Below are positions 50,510 through 50,613 of a stretch of 50,613 nt of DNA, piece after piece (the first letter of the stretch is position 1; each line of letters starts with the position of its first letter). This DNA is from a virus. The stretch lies in IMG/VR virus record IMGVR_UViG_3300045993_000450; one strand, written 5' to 3'. Below the pieces are notes generated by a model. The model was not told where the DNA came from, did no database searches, and worked only from the letters and a program-made list of their open reading frames with translations. A program made the translations under genes and the position numbers.

Positions 50510-50613
50510 GTGCGAAGTATTTGGGATGAGTGCGAAGTATTTGGGATGAGTGCGAAGTATTTGGGATGAGTGCGAAGTATTTGGGATGAGTGCGAAGTAT
50601 TTGGGATGAGTGC
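50510..50613. repeat. Terminal tandem array, exact duplicate of 1..104
   Basis: Five GTGCGAAGTATTTGGGATGA units plus GTGC. Confidence 0.95.

Noticed and set aside
1-50613. Lysogeny module (integrase, CI/Cro-like switch, attP), tRNAs, toxin or resistance cargo
   Set aside because: No ORF shows tyrosine or serine recombinase motifs or a repressor/antirepressor pair. The only HTH candidate (49193..49567) sits beside the repeat-rich region. No tRNA-like cloverleaf was found by eye. The genome therefore looks strictly lytic, though dedicated tools (tRNAscan-SE, HMM searches) were not available.

Overview
The window looks like a complete tailed-phage genome of about 50.5 kb. It is siphovirus-type: 1434-aa tape measure, tube protein, no sheath. 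The first 104 nt (five copies of a 20-bp unit plus GTGC) recur exactly as the last 104 nt, so the contig is circularly closed or terminally redundant.

Layout:
(1) + strand, 185..26424: small-terminase candidate, TerL, HNH, portal, scaffold, HK97-fold capsid, head-tail joining genes, tail tube, G/GT chaperone with a canonical -1 slippery site, tape measure, large tail-tip and fibre-like repeat proteins, a glycosyltransferase plus SAM-methyltransferase pair, M15 endolysin and holin-like genes.
(2) - strand, 45326..26593: about 14 small early ORFs of unknown function, primase-helicase, family A DNA polymerase, a second HNH, Cas4-like and VRR-NUC nucleases, SNF2 helicase, a nucleotide-metabolism operon, ATP-dependent ligase and a DEDDh exonuclease.
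(3) + strand, 45816..47675: small early genes.
(4) - strand, 49567..48204: a small operon led by an HTH protein.
(5) 49568 to the end, continuing through 1..184: about 1.1 kb with no genes and dense repeats, a candidate ori/pac region.

I saw no integrase, repressor, tRNA, rRNA or CRISPR array.

Most interesting signals:
(a) The operon 28585..32362 links a ThyA-family enzyme carrying the cytosine-specifying Asp, a dNMP kinase, a MazG-like pyrophosphatase and a dCMP deaminase to a TobZ/NodU-type carbamoyltransferase. This is a candidate new DNA base hypermodification pathway.
(b) A roughly 100-bp intergenic element flanked by GCGCTCTGA repeats occurs in six copies, in both orientations.
(c) A conserved ATGG(G/A)(C/T)CC box sits at a fixed 35-38 nt upstream of perfect TATAAT hexamers at nearly every transcription-unit start, with no -35 element.
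(d) Iteron-like arrays fill the terminal region.

All functional calls come from motifs read in the supplied translations and from gene order. No database search was possible.
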